From the NCBI GenBank assembly GCA_046753845.1, contig JBHHUP010000004.1, positions 1 to 55,265 on the forward strand: DNA of 55,265 nucleotides, in the 5' to 3' direction. Both the position numbers and the translations under genes were made by a program. Positions 1 to 9,316 of this stretch are shown in pieces (position 1 is the first letter of the stretch; every line of letters begins with the position of its first letter). Under the pieces are notes generated by a model, which saw only the letters and a list, made by a program, of their open reading frames with translations, ran no database searches and was not told the origin of the DNA. This DNA comes from Thermodesulfobacteriota bacterium. GTDB lineage: Bacteria; Desulfobacterota; GWC2-55-46; JADFVP01.

Positions 1-1151
1 TGCTTGAGAGGCAGAAGGTAGTTAGCCACAGAGGCGCGGACCAGGATGTCTTTGCGCTGGCGCGAGGTGGTGAGACCGTGCTTCTCCAGGCCCTCTTTGT
101 CCGCGGCGGAAGGCTTGTTAACAGCCTTGATTACACCTTTACGGATTGCGGGCTCTCGGACAAAGAGATTATTTCGTCATTTCTTACTCAGTTTTACAGC
201 GGGGGCAGGGTCATACCAAGGGAGGTTCTTCTGCCCGTCCGTCCTGATGATTCCGCTCTTATTGAGGAGTGGCTCTCTGAGAAGGCGGGCAGAGCCGTAA
301 AGCTCCACGCCCCGGTGCGCGGTGAAAAACGAGAACTACTGAGTATGGCCCTTGAGAACGCCTGTGAATCTCTTCAGAAAAAAGAGCAGGCAAGCCTGGC
401 AAAGAGCAAAGACCTTGAAGAGCTGGCAAGAAGGCTCCGCATGAAAACTCCGCCTCTCTGGATAGAGGCCTTTGATATTTCAAATACCTCGGGGAGCCTT
501 GGAGTAGGGGCCATGGTTAGTTTCAGAGACGGCGAGCCGGATAAGGCGGGCTACAGGTTATTTCGCATAAAGGGCGTTTCGGGTCAGGACGACTACGCCA
601 TGATGGAAGAGGTGATGAGAAGGCGTTACCTGCATGCCGGAAGAGACAATGAGGGGGAGCTGCCCGACCTTATGCTCATTGACGGCGGAAAGGGGCAGCT
701 TGGCGTTGCGGTAAAGGTAATGGCAGAGCTTGGCCTTGATGGCGCTATCTCACTTGCCGCCCTTGCAAAGGAGAGGCCCGCCGCGCCGGGGAGTAAGTTG
801 GCGGGTGATGGTCATGAAGGGCAGGGTAAAAAATATGAAAGGGTGTTTTTGCCCGGCAGAAGAAACGCTATTATGCTGCGGCAGGGTTCACGTGCGGATC
901 TGCTTTTATGCAGGATAAGGGACGAGGTCCACAGAACTGCCATTGGTTATCAGAGGAAACTTCGTAATAAAAAAATGTTTAATAGCCCCCTTGACGAGGT
1001 GGCCGGTATCGGAGTAAAACGTAAGAAGCAGTTATTAAAAAAATTCGGCTCTTTACAAAAACTCATAGATGCTTCCGTAGAGGAGATATGTCGAGTCCCG
1101 GGTTTAACAAAATCCATGGCAGAGGCCATAAAGGGGTTGAAAATATCTTAA
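1..1151 (+). CDS. uvrC: Excinuclease ABC subunit C (UvrC), C-terminal ~380 aa. The 5' end lies upstream of the window.
   Basis: Frame 3 is open from nt 3 (LERQKVVSHRGADQDVFALARGGE precedes the track Met at 78). The translation contains the UvrC endonuclease-domain motif IEAFDISNTSG and a C-terminal (HhH)2 (GIGVKRKKQLLKKFGSLQKL...VPGLTKSMAEAI). Stop TAA at 1149-1151. Confidence 0.9.
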   Translation, partial: LERQKVVSHRGADQDVFALARGGETVLLQALFVRGGRLVNSLDYTFTDCGLSDKEIISSFLTQFYSGGRVIPREVLLPVRPDDSALIEEWLSEKAGRAVKLHAPVRGEKRELLSMALENACESLQKKEQASLAKSKDLEELARRLRMKTPPLWIEAFDISNTSGSLGVGAMVSFRDGEPDKAGYRLFRIKGVSGQDDYAMMEEVMRRRYLHAGRDNEGELPDLMLIDGGKGQLGVAVKVMAELGLDGAISLAALAKERPAAPGSKLAGDGHEGQGKKYERVFLPGRRNAIMLRQGSRADLLLCRIRDEVHRTAIGYQRKLRNKKMFNSPLDEVAGIGVKRKKQLLKKFGSLQKLIDASVEEICRVPGLTKSMAEAIKGLKIS

Positions 1152-1200
1152 GTGCAGGTCTGGTTTGTTTTTTTTGGTGGGCGGTGCCCACTCTACTACT

Positions 1201-1293
1201 AAACTCATTGAGGCCCCCATTGAGGAGATATCTCAGGTGCCAGGTATAACAGAACCCATGGCCCGAGCCATAAAGGGGTTAAAGAAAGGGTAG
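1201..1293 (+). pseudogene. Relic duplicate of the last 30 codons of uvrC (second HhH)
   Basis: 1201-1293 translates to KLIEAPIEEISQVPGITEPMARAIKGLKKG*. This is colinear with uvrC 1059-1151, KLIDASVEEICRVPGLTKSMAEAIKGLKIS* (19/30 identical). It has no start codon or RBS of its own and is in a different frame from uvrC. Confidence 0.6.
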
Positions 1294-1301
1294 ACAGGTA
1301 G

Positions 1302-1335
1302 GTTGGGTTAAGGTAGGTCACCCAACATCTTTTTT
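1302..1335 (+). terminator. Stem-loop plus T-run downstream of the relic uvrC 3' copy
   Basis: GTTGGGT (1302-1308) - 11-nt loop - ACCCAAC (1320-1326), followed by ATCTTTTTT. Confidence 0.45.
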
Positions 1336-1445
1336 AGACTCACTAATTTTGCCGGGTTTCGCTTTGCTCTACCTAATCTACAAGGGCACAAGGTAACGTG
1401 GGGCATGAGGCGAATGTTCAATGGCATTAAGCCTCATCCCCAGTT

Positions 1446-1483
1446 GGTTTTCTTTGCCCTGCTTTCTTTTTTCCAAAAGAAAG
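1446..1483 (+). repeat. Copy A of a dispersed ~43-nt hairpin repeat (GGTTTTCTTTGC..CTTTCTTTTTTCCAAAAGAAAG)
   Basis: GGTTTTCTTTGCCCTGCTTTCTTTTTTCCAAAAGAAAG, followed here by TTTTTTA. It matches the copies at 6273-6352 and 19345-19387 and lies in the convergent uvrC/PMM intergenic region. Confidence 0.75.
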
Positions 1484-1565
1484 TTTTTTATTGAATGCGC
1501 GCAACCAAGTGACTTTTATGGGCCGCAGTGGCGCGTTAAGAACGTAGCGCTATTATATTGCCCCT

Positions 1566-3020
1566 TTAAAAAGGCACGTCCAGTCCCGGGTCCACCTCGT
1601 TTAGTCTTGCCTTTACAAAGGCCTTGGCCTTTTTAAGGAGTTCTTCGTCTGTGGCCTCGAACCTCATAACCAGCACCGGCTGAGTATTGCTCGCTCTTAC
1701 CAGCGCCCATCCGCCCTCAAAGTTCATCCTCAGGCCGTCTATGGTGATAACGTTGGTGAGTTTCAGCTCAGCCTCTTTCGGGGTGCTATTCTCAAGGACC
1801 TGTGCGAGCCTGTCGATGACCTTGAACTTTTTTTCATCACCGCACTCAATACGCATCTCCGGTGTTACGAGCGTATCGGGCACCCCTGCAAGGAGGCCCG
1901 AGAAGGTGGCGGTGGGGTCTGTTGTCCTCTTTTTTGCCAGAATTTCAACGAGCCTGCATGAGGCGTAGATAGCATCGTCAAAACCAAAATACCTGTCGGC
2001 AAAGAATATATGACCGCTCATCTCTCCGGCCATGGCCGCGCCTAATTCCTTCATGCGGGCCTTTATGAGGGAGTGCCCTGTCTTCCACATTACGGCCTTG
2101 CCTCCGGCTTTTTCTATCTCGTCATAGAGGACCTGCGAGCACTTTACCTCGCCTACTACGGTGGCCCCGGGCGTTGTTTCAAGTATGGCCCTCGCAAAAA
2201 TTACCATGAGCTTATCGCCCCAGATGATGTTGCCAAGCTCGTCTACAACTCCGATACGGTCGGCGTCGCCATCGTAGGCAATACCAAAGTCCGCCTTATT
2301 GGCCTTTACGGTATGAATAAGGTCGTAGAGGTTTGCCGGAACCGTGGGGTCGGGGTGGTGGTTTGGAAACCGGCCGTCAGGCTGGGAGTGGATGTCGTTA
2401 ACGTCACAGCCGAGTCCGTCGCGGACAAGGGGTACGGCCACGGGGCCTGCGGTGCCGTTGCCGCTGTCAAGGACGAGTTTTATCTCGCGGTCAAGGGCGG
2501 GTATCTTAAAGAGGCCGCTAATGTGCTCTACATAAGAGGGGATAACCTCGGCGGTGCTAAGAGAGCCCATCTTTGCTGCTTTTTCCGGAGGATGTTTTAT
2601 TATTTGTTTTAAGATGGCGCCGAGTTTTTGAATCTCCACCCCGTGTATGGTCTCTTTACCGATGCTAATCTTAAAGCCGTTATACTCAGGTGGGTTGTGG
2701 CTCCCTGTAATCATGAATCCGCCATTTACGTCAAGGGTCTGCATGGAGAAGTACTGCAGCGGCGTGGGGCATATCCCTACGTCCACGCAGTTGATGCCGC
2801 TCTCTCTAAGTCCCCGGATAAGGGCGTCGCGTAGCGGGTCGGAGCTCAGCCGAACGTCGCGGGCGATGCTTACCGTAATAGGGTCTTTAAGGAGCCCGGC
2901 CTCGCGCACATAAACGGCATAGGCCCGTCCGATATACTCGGCCACCTTGTCCGTAAGGTCTACGCCGTAGAGCCCCCGTATGTCGTACTCTCTGAATATG
3001 TGCTCCGCCACCTTTGTCAT
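1566..3020 (-). CDS. Phosphomannomutase/phosphoglucomutase (alpha-D-phosphohexomutase family)
   Basis: 484-aa ORF. It carries the active-site phosphoserine loop TGSHNPPEYNGFK and the metal loop YDGDADRIGVVDE, both typical of the AlgC/ManB type rather than GlmM. Confidence 0.9.
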   Translation of the reverse strand: MTKVAEHIFREYDIRGLYGVDLTDKVAEYIGRAYAVYVREAGLLKDPITVSIARDVRLSSDPLRDALIRGLRESGINCVDVGICPTPLQYFSMQTLDVNGGFMITGSHNPPEYNGFKISIGKETIHGVEIQKLGAILKQIIKHPPEKAAKMGSLSTAEVIPSYVEHISGLFKIPALDREIKLVLDSGNGTAGPVAVPLVRDGLGCDVNDIHSQPDGRFPNHHPDPTVPANLYDLIHTVKANKADFGIAYDGDADRIGVVDELGNIIWGDKLMVIFARAILETTPGATVVGEVKCSQVLYDEIEKAGGKAVMWKTGHSLIKARMKELGAAMAGEMSGHIFFADRYFGFDDAIYASCRLVEILAKKRTTDPTATFSGLLAGVPDTLVTPEMRIECGDEKKFKVIDRLAQVLENSTPKEAELKLTNVITIDGLRMNFEGGWALVRASNTQPVLVMRFEATDEELLKKAKAFVKARLNEVDPGLDVPF

Positions 3021-3088
3021 CTTGACCTCCTCTTATTAAACCATTAAAGGCTTTCCGTAGAGCCTGAATTCAGGGCACTACGTCATGA

Positions 3089-3562
3089 TTATTTATTCCT
3101 GAGTTGCTTGAAGAACCCTTGCAGCATATCCCTTGATTCTGTCTCGCATACCCCTCTGCGTACATTTATACTGTGGTTTAGCCTCTTGTCATTGGATAGG
3201 TCGAATAAGGAGCCGCAGGCCCCTGCCTTGGGGTCGGCGGCCCCGAATACGAGCCTCGGAACACGGGCTTGAAGAAGTGCGCCCATGCACATAAGGCAGG
3301 GTTCGAGCGTTACGTACAGCGTGGTCCCCGTAAGGCGCCAGGCATCAAGTAGACGCGCGGCCTCTGTTACGGCCACAATCTCACCGTGGAGCGTGGGGTC
3401 GGCGGAGGTTTCCTTCTTGTTATATCCACGCGAGATTATCTTGCCGCCGCGTGTGATGACGGCCCCTACGGGTACCTCTCCCATGCTTGCGGCCTTGGAT
3501 GCCTCGGCCAGGGCCTCTGCCATGAAAATCACGTCCTTTTCCTTCTCTACGGGGTTACTCAT
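3089..3562 (-). CDS. tadA: tRNA-specific adenosine deaminase
   Basis: 157 aa. CDA-fold zinc motifs HGEIVAV and PCLMCMGAL, with a size typical of TadA. Confidence 0.9.
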   Translation of the reverse strand: MSNPVEKEKDVIFMAEALAEASKAASMGEVPVGAVITRGGKIISRGYNKKETSADPTLHGEIVAVTEAARLLDAWRLTGTTLYVTLEPCLMCMGALLQARVPRLVFGAADPKAGACGSLFDLSNDKRLNHSINVRRGVCETESRDMLQGFFKQLRNK

Positions 3563-3569
3563 TATTTTT

Positions 3570-4163
3570 TTATAAGGCTCTCATAACAGCGAAGAGGGCC
3601 TTTGGCAGGGGGTTAAGGGTTCCCTGATAAAGTGTCTCCACAATGGAGATAATATTGAATTCAGAAGAGAAATACTCTCTCACGCCCTCGGGGGTGAAGC
3701 GGTATGGCCCTCCCTCCATAGTCTCTTTTATGCTGAAGCATTTTAAAAATAATACTCCCTTCGGTGCTAAGAGCGAGTGCACGTGACGGACGTATAAGGG
3801 CCTGCTTTCCGGGGCAAGGGAGTGGAAGCAGCCTCTGTCAAATATTATATCAAAGCCCGGCTTTAGCCTGCTCTTCAGGATATCGTCGCGTATAAAGTCT
3901 ACGGAGAGCCCCTCCTTTAGCGCCGCTGCCTTACAGAGCTCAATGGCCGCCTCTGAGATATCCGTAGCCGTAACGGTAAATCCGCGCTCTGCAAGGGCTA
4001 GGGCCTGAGTGCCGGGACCCGTGCCGATATCAAGGGCTCGTCCGTCCTTTATATTAAGCCTGGTAAGTGCCCCTTCAAGGTCGGGGTCAAGGGCGGGGTA
4101 ATACCAGGGCATATCACCGGCATCGGTCTCGCGGTATAATTTTTCCCACTCAAGGGGCTTCAT
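3570..4163 (-). CDS. Class I SAM-dependent methyltransferase (TPMT/TehB-like)
   Basis: 197 aa with SAM-binding motif I, ALDIGTGPGTQALALA. The substrate is not inferable. Confidence 0.7.
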   Translation of the reverse strand: MKPLEWEKLYRETDAGDMPWYYPALDPDLEGALTRLNIKDGRALDIGTGPGTQALALAERGFTVTATDISEAAIELCKAAALKEGLSVDFIRDDILKSRLKPGFDIIFDRGCFHSLAPESRPLYVRHVHSLLAPKGVLFLKCFSIKETMEGGPYRFTPEGVREYFSSEFNIISIVETLYQGTLNPLPKALFAVMRAL

Positions 4164-4232
4164 TTTCTCTGCCTCCCTTAAAGGGCTCTCTCTTTACAGG
4201 GACAAGGCCCGGCAAAGGCCGGTGAGGGGGCA

Positions 4233-4261
4233 TTGACAGAAAAGGGAACATGCAGTAAAGT
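4233..4261 (+). promoter_or_regulatory. Sigma70-type promoter for the YjbQ-family gene
   Basis: TTGACA (4233-4238) - 17 nt - TAAAGT (4256-4261), about 35 nt upstream of ATG 4296. The track ORF start at 4233 is the TTG of this -35 box. Confidence 0.5.
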
Positions 4262-4295
4262 TACCATATTAAAATCCTATTTTAAAGGGTCTGGC

Positions 4296-4694
4296 ATGAC
4301 TAATTTTACCGTAAGGACAGAAAAGAGGAACGAGTTTGTCAAAATAACCTCCCTTGTAGGCGAGTGTCTCAGTAAAAGCGGTGTGCAAGATGGCATCGCC
4401 GTAGTCTTCTGCCCGCATACTACGGCGGGGATTACCATTAACGAGAACGCCGACCCCGATGTGCTGGAGGACATGGTGATGAAGACATCTGAGCTCATAG
4501 AGCACGGTGACGAGCGGTACCGCCACGGCGAGGGCAACTCCGACAGCCACCTGAAATCTACACTTACAGGGGCCTCGGAGACGGTGATTATAAAGGATGG
4601 ACGATTGCAGCTTGGTACGTGGCAGGGGATATACCTCGCCGAGTTTGACGGCCCGAGAACCAGAGGCGTGTATATAAAGATAATGGAGGGATGA
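4296..4694 (+). CDS. YjbQ/UPF0047 family protein (secondary thiamine-phosphate synthase-like)
   Basis: MTNFTVRTEKRNEFVKIT...VFCPHTTAGITINENADPDV...NSDSHLKSTLTG is the characteristic UPF0047 pattern. The internal ATG at 4296 is preferred because of the promoter upstream. Confidence 0.8.
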   Translation: MTNFTVRTEKRNEFVKITSLVGECLSKSGVQDGIAVVFCPHTTAGITINENADPDVLEDMVMKTSELIEHGDERYRHGEGNSDSHLKSTLTGASETVIIKDGRLQLGTWQGIYLAEFDGPRTRGVYIKIMEG

Positions 4695-4835
4695 TTTTTC
4701 CGCCCTTTCATGCGCTCGGGGCCTTGTTTGCCGGCGCGGCTTGTGGTGAAGATTGTAATAAACTGATTTTTTTTGAGATATTTTGCATGAAATTGCTCGG
4801 TTAAGGTCTTATTTTTTGGATAAAAGGGGGATTTA

Positions 4836-6158
4836 ATGGCAGGCAGCTTTACCGCGGTTGAGGGACTATTAAAGAACAAGAAGGCCGTAATCGGCGTTAT
4901 CGGGCTGGGGTACGTTGGTCTGCCACTCTGCCTCAGGTTCAGCGAGGAAGGCTTTAATGTGCTGGGTTTTGATACTGATGCGGAAAAAGTGAAATCCATC
5001 AGGCAGGGTATTTCTTACATAAAACATATACCTTCGGAGGTAATCGCCGCATACTCGAAGGGGCGCGGGCGCACCTTTACCCCTACGACGGATATGAGCC
5101 GTCTTGCCGAGGCCGATGCCGTGATAATCTGCGTTCCAACGCCTCTATCGGCGCGCCGTGAGCCTGATATTAGCTATGTCGAGGGTACAGCCGCTTTTAT
5201 AGCCTCTACTCTTAGAAAAGGGCAGATAATCTCACTGGAGTCCACGACTTATCCGGGCACTACGAGGGAGCTGCTGCTGCCCACCTTCGAGGCCCGAGGG
5301 CTTAAGGCGGGAGAGGACTTTTTTCTTGTATTCTCCCCTGAGCGTGAGGACCCCGGCAGAGAGGACTATACTACGCGCACCACGCCCAAGATTGTAGGGG
5401 GCATTACGAGCAGATGTGCGCGCCTCGGGGAGATGCTTTATTCTCAGGTAGTGGATAAGGTCGTAAGGCTCTCATCTGCGGATGCGGCGGAGATGACAAA
5501 GCTCCTTGAGAATATCTACAGGAGCGTTAATATCGCCCTTGTAAATGAGCTTAAGCTGCTCTCTGACCGTATGGGCATAGATATATGGGAGGTCATAAAG
5601 GCGGCGGAGACAAAACCCTTTGGTTTTAAGGCCTTTTATCCCGGCCCCGGTCTCGGCGGTCACTGCATACCCATAGACCCTTTTTATCTTACGTGGAAGG
5701 CGCGGGAATTTGATTTTTCCACGCGTTTTATCGAGCTTGCAGGCGAGATTAATACAAATATGCCCTATTTTGTGGCGGGTAAGGTAGTAGAGGCCCTTAA
5801 CAGCAAGAAAAAGTCCATCAAGGGGGCCTCTGTCATGGTTCTTGGCCTTGCTTACAAAAAGGACGTTGATGATACGCGTGAATCTCCTTCTCTGGAGCTT
5901 ATAAGGATCCTGAGATCAAAGGGCGCCTCTGTCTCTTATAACGACCCTTATGTGCCCCTTGCCGTGAGCCGCAAAAAGGGTTTCACGATGCGCTCTAAAA
6001 AGCTTACCGCCGCGGTCCTTAATAAGAGTGACCTTGTGCTTATAGCTACTAACCACTCCTGTTATGATTACAGATGGGTCGTCAAGAATAGCGATATCGT
6101 CGTTGATACGCGTAACGCCACGGCCGGCATAAGGAGCGCCAAGATAGTAAAGGCATAA
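4836..6158 (+). CDS. Nucleotide-sugar dehydrogenase (UDP-glucose/GDP-mannose dehydrogenase family; UDP-N-acetyl-hexosamine dehydrogenase-like)
   Basis: 440 aa. N-terminal Rossmann motif GVIGLGYVGLP and catalytic-Cys region GLGGHCIPIDP. Confidence 0.85.
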   Translation: MAGSFTAVEGLLKNKKAVIGVIGLGYVGLPLCLRFSEEGFNVLGFDTDAEKVKSIRQGISYIKHIPSEVIAAYSKGRGRTFTPTTDMSRLAEADAVIICVPTPLSARREPDISYVEGTAAFIASTLRKGQIISLESTTYPGTTRELLLPTFEARGLKAGEDFFLVFSPEREDPGREDYTTRTTPKIVGGITSRCARLGEMLYSQVVDKVVRLSSADAAEMTKLLENIYRSVNIALVNELKLLSDRMGIDIWEVIKAAETKPFGFKAFYPGPGLGGHCIPIDPFYLTWKAREFDFSTRFIELAGEINTNMPYFVAGKVVEALNSKKKSIKGASVMVLGLAYKKDVDDTRESPSLELIRILRSKGASVSYNDPYVPLAVSRKKGFTMRSKKLTAAVLNKSDLVLIATNHSCYDYRWVVKNSDIVVDTRNATAGIRSAKIVKA

Positions 6159-6272
6159 AAAGGCAGAGGCGCCGTGAGAGGCGTGAGGTATTTTATCTGT
6201 CTTACGTTACGCAGATAGAGATCTGCGAGGCACTGAACTTCTTAACGGGAAGATGCCGCATCACGGGCCATT

Positions 6273-6352
6273 GGTTTTCTTTGCGAACTTTCTTTTTTCT
6301 AAAAGAAAGTGGAGGTTTTCTTTACGAACTTTCTTTTTTATTAAAAGAAAGT
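6273..6352 (+). repeat. Two tandem copies (B1, B2) of the dispersed ~43-nt hairpin repeat
   Basis: B1 is GGTTTTCTTTGCGAACTTTCTTTTTTCTAAAAGAAAGTGGAGG. It is immediately followed, with overlap, by B2, GGTTTTCTTTACGAACTTTCTTTTTTATTAAAAGAAAGT. Each has a 10-bp A/T stem, ACTTTCTTTT/AAAAGAAAGT. Confidence 0.8.
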
Positions 6353-6398
6353 AAGAAAGTTGTTGTTGCCATTTAATTTTTTAAGGAGAAATTGAAGG

Positions 6399-7592
6399 AT
6401 GTTGAAATCAAAGAGGATAATGGAAGGAGTCTTCTGGGTAGGGGCTGTTGATTTTTCAAGGCGTCTCTTTGACGCCCTTGTGCCGCTGCCTAACGGGACG
6501 AGTTATAACGCCTACCTTGTAAAGGGAAGCGATAAGACGGCCCTTATAGATACGGTAGACCCTGCCATGGCGTCTTCACTTATGCATCATCTTGATGACG
6601 TGCGTCTTGAGAGCCTTGACTATATTGTGGCCAACCATGCGGAGCAGGACCACTCCGGGGCCATACCCGAGGTTCTTGAAAAGTATAAAAATGCGAAAGT
6701 GGTGGTAAATGAGAAGTGTAAGACGCTGCTTATGAGTCACCTCTCAATAGAGGCCGATAGGTTTATAGTGGTGAAAGACGGCGATACACTGCCCCTTGGA
6801 GGCAAGACCCTGGAGTTTATCTCTACGCCCTGGGTGCATTGGCCCGAGACCATGTGCACCTATCTGCAAGAGGGCAAGGTGCTCTTCAGCTGTGATTTAT
6901 TCGGCTCTCACCTTGCTACCGCCGAGCTTTATTCAAGCCGTGAAGAGAGGGTCTATGAAGCCATAAAACGCTACTACGCCGAGGTCATGATGCCCTTTCG
7001 GAAGATTATCAGAAAGCATCTTGATATGCTTGCGGGCTTTGATATAGATTTTATCGCACCGAGTCACGGCCCTGTGCATAAAGACGTCTCCTTTGTCATG
7101 GAGACGCACCGCCGATGGGTAAGTGATGAGGCCGCCAATAGCGTGGTGCTGCCTTTTGTATCCATGCATGGGAGCACAGAGAGGATGGTAGACCGTCTTA
7201 CCGAGGCGCTCGCCGAAGAGGGGGTCAAGGTAGAGAGGTTCGACCTTACGGTCTACGATACAGGAAGATATGCCGCCTCTCTTGTGGACGCGGCTACCAT
7301 TGTCATCGCCTCGCCATGTTTTCTGACAGGCGCTCATCCTCTTGTGGTAAGCGCGGCTTTTCTGGCCAACGCCCTTAAACCCAAGTTGAAGTTTGCCTCT
7401 ATTATAGGTTCTTACGGCTGGGGCTCAAGGATGGTCCCTCAGATAAAGGGTTTTCTCTCTGGCCTTAAGCTTGATTACATCGAGCCCATGGAGATAAAGG
7501 GAGAGCCCGGACAGGGCGATCTGGCGGCTATTGACGGTATAGCCGGTGAGATTAGAAAGAGGCACATAGAGGCGGGCGTCTTGAAGGTGTAG
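6399..7592 (+). CDS. Flavodiiron protein (FprA-type A-type flavoprotein; O2/NO reductase family)
   Basis: 397 aa. The metallo-beta-lactamase-like domain has the di-iron motif HAEQDHSG (HxExDH), and the C-terminal domain is flavodoxin-like (SMHGSTERM). Confidence 0.85.
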   Translation: MLKSKRIMEGVFWVGAVDFSRRLFDALVPLPNGTSYNAYLVKGSDKTALIDTVDPAMASSLMHHLDDVRLESLDYIVANHAEQDHSGAIPEVLEKYKNAKVVVNEKCKTLLMSHLSIEADRFIVVKDGDTLPLGGKTLEFISTPWVHWPETMCTYLQEGKVLFSCDLFGSHLATAELYSSREERVYEAIKRYYAEVMMPFRKIIRKHLDMLAGFDIDFIAPSHGPVHKDVSFVMETHRRWVSDEAANSVVLPFVSMHGSTERMVDRLTEALAEEGVKVERFDLTVYDTGRYAASLVDAATIVIASPCFLTGAHPLVVSAAFLANALKPKLKFASIIGSYGWGSRMVPQIKGFLSGLKLDYIEPMEIKGEPGQGDLAAIDGIAGEIRKRHIEAGVLKV

Positions 7593-8004
7593 CCCATGTC
7601 CTCAGTCCCGCAGATCAATTGAGGCGGTGCTATCGTGACGCCCGCCCTCAGAAGGGAAAAAAGGGCCTTTATTTTTCCTGCCCGACTCTTATTCTCCTCT
7701 CTATTAATTCACCTGCCGCCGCCGCGCTATCTTGCGCAGCATTTCGACCTCTTTATAAATAGGATGAAATGTGACATATATGCTTTACAAAAAGTTTAAA
7801 GCATAGTAGTTTTAATAGGTTTTATGCCTGATTGTGGTTCGAGACGAGAGGGTTTTGTCATCTCCATAGAGGGGAGAACAGGTTTAATACTCTTCTAATA
7901 AACCCGGTGGTATTATTTAAAATTTACTTCATGAGGGCTTTTTTCATCGAAAAAAAGAGATAACAGGTTAATAGAGGTTAACAGAGCTAAGGGAGAGAAA
8001 AGAG

Positions 8005-9246
8005 ATGAAAAGTTTTAAAAAGCCGTGGTTTAATCTTTTTATTGCCGTTGTAAGCATTATAGGATTTATGGGGCTGCAGCAGGGCGCGGCCTATGGCGCT
8101 TCAGCCGACGGCTGGAAGTGGAAGGGTGATGCCGGAGTGGGATTTGCCTATGATACAAATGTTTACAAGTTCTCAACTACGCAGTCTAACCGCTTTGACG
8201 CCAATAGCACCTCAGACCAGACAAGCGGACGTTATGCGGACATGGACTCTGATAGTGATTTTATCTTTACGCCGCGCTTGCGGGCAGCTTTCAGGCATAC
8301 CAGTCCCAACGGCGGTGCATTTTCTCTTAAACCATCCATCGCATACAAGATCTACTCTCAGAACACGGAAAAAAACTACTTCAAGTTCGGCCTCGGGCTA
8401 ACGCAGGAAGTGGGGGCCCACGGCGTGGCGGGGCTGGACCTTGCCTACTCGCCAAGTATATTTAAGAAAAACTATCTCTCGGGAACCGCGGATATTGTCA
8501 ACGGGTTCAGTCCCGGTACAAGTGTTACTGCTATTCAGAGCGCGGAGGAGATATTTACCGCGGCCAATTACGATAAGGCAAGAGCAACTGTAAGTTACGG
8601 TATGCGGCTCTGGAAGAATGGCAATAAAGACAAGAACACCTATGAGGTTGAGAGGGTCAGCGGCCATGTGCTTGCCGGTTATGAGTCCAAGAGCTATGAC
8701 GACCCCTTTAGCGTACGTGATGAGGATAGCTACTTTGCCGGTTTTGATGCGGAGCTTGCTCTTTACAAGTCCATGAACCTTACCTTCAATTATCTATTTA
8801 AGAGTACCAATACAGACGTGGGCACGGAGCTGCTTCTACGTGATGAGCCTGACTTCGGTGTAGATTTAAACGCCGACGGCGATGCGCTGGACCTGAGTGT
8901 AGCTACTCTTAAGAACGTGGACCGGTCGCGTAATATGCATACCCTGGGCCTTAAGACCTCTGCGAGGATAGCCGATGGATGGAAGGGTTACGCTAAATAC
9001 GAGGTGCGTTTCGCCGCCTATAAATCAGATGAAACCTTTGACGTAACCCGCATTGACCGCAACGATACGCGTCAGAAGGTGGGAGTTGGTATTAAGGGCA
9101 AGCTTGCCCCGAGGTGGAATATTGACTTTGGCTGGACCTTTACTCATAACGAGGCCGCCCGTGACGGCCTTGCCGTAACGGATAAGGCGGAAGCCAAGTC
9201 ATATAACAAACACGTCATCTCGGCTCTTCTCTCTTACAGGTTCTGA
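8005..9246 (+). CDS. Outer-membrane beta-barrel protein, function unknown (possibly polysaccharide-export associated)
   Basis: 413 aa. It has an N-terminal signal peptide (..LQQGAAYGA/SADG), an alternating amphipathic beta-strand pattern rich in Y/G/D/N, and a terminal aromatic ..LLSYRF. Confidence 0.65.
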   Translation: MKSFKKPWFNLFIAVVSIIGFMGLQQGAAYGASADGWKWKGDAGVGFAYDTNVYKFSTTQSNRFDANSTSDQTSGRYADMDSDSDFIFTPRLRAAFRHTSPNGGAFSLKPSIAYKIYSQNTEKNYFKFGLGLTQEVGAHGVAGLDLAYSPSIFKKNYLSGTADIVNGFSPGTSVTAIQSAEEIFTAANYDKARATVSYGMRLWKNGNKDKNTYEVERVSGHVLAGYESKSYDDPFSVRDEDSYFAGFDAELALYKSMNLTFNYLFKSTNTDVGTELLLRDEPDFGVDLNADGDALDLSVATLKNVDRSRNMHTLGLKTSARIADGWKGYAKYEVRFAAYKSDETFDVTRIDRNDTRQKVGVGIKGKLAPRWNIDFGWTFTHNEAARDGLAVTDKAEAKSYNKHVISALLSYRF

Positions 9247-9316
9247 GCCTTGCGGGGCTTACCCCGTTGAGGGCTTTGGAGGAGACATTAAATATGGATA
9301 ATAAGGTACGGTATTG

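Noticed and set aside
1152-1565. Possibility of an integrated mobile element next to the duplicated uvrC 3' end
   Set aside because: Only ~400 bp separate uvrC from the convergent PMM gene. They contain no integrase, transposase or cargo ORF, so only a scar, the relic copy, is reported. No transposase or integrase-like ORF is visible anywhere in the 55 kb.
4277-4999. 240-aa ORF on the - strand spanning the yjbQ gene and the downstream spacer
   Set aside because: It is antisense to a well-supported YjbQ-family CDS and runs through an intergenic promoter region. The translation is low-complexity (S/P/T-rich) with no motif. It is a typical shadow ORF.
7593-8004. Possible riboswitch or sRNA in the AT-rich 412-bp spacer upstream of the OM barrel gene
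   Set aside because: I could find only weak A/T hairpins (for example CTTTTTTCATCGAAAAAAG at ~7938) and no conserved riboswitch core that I recognise. This is insufficient evidence to call a feature.
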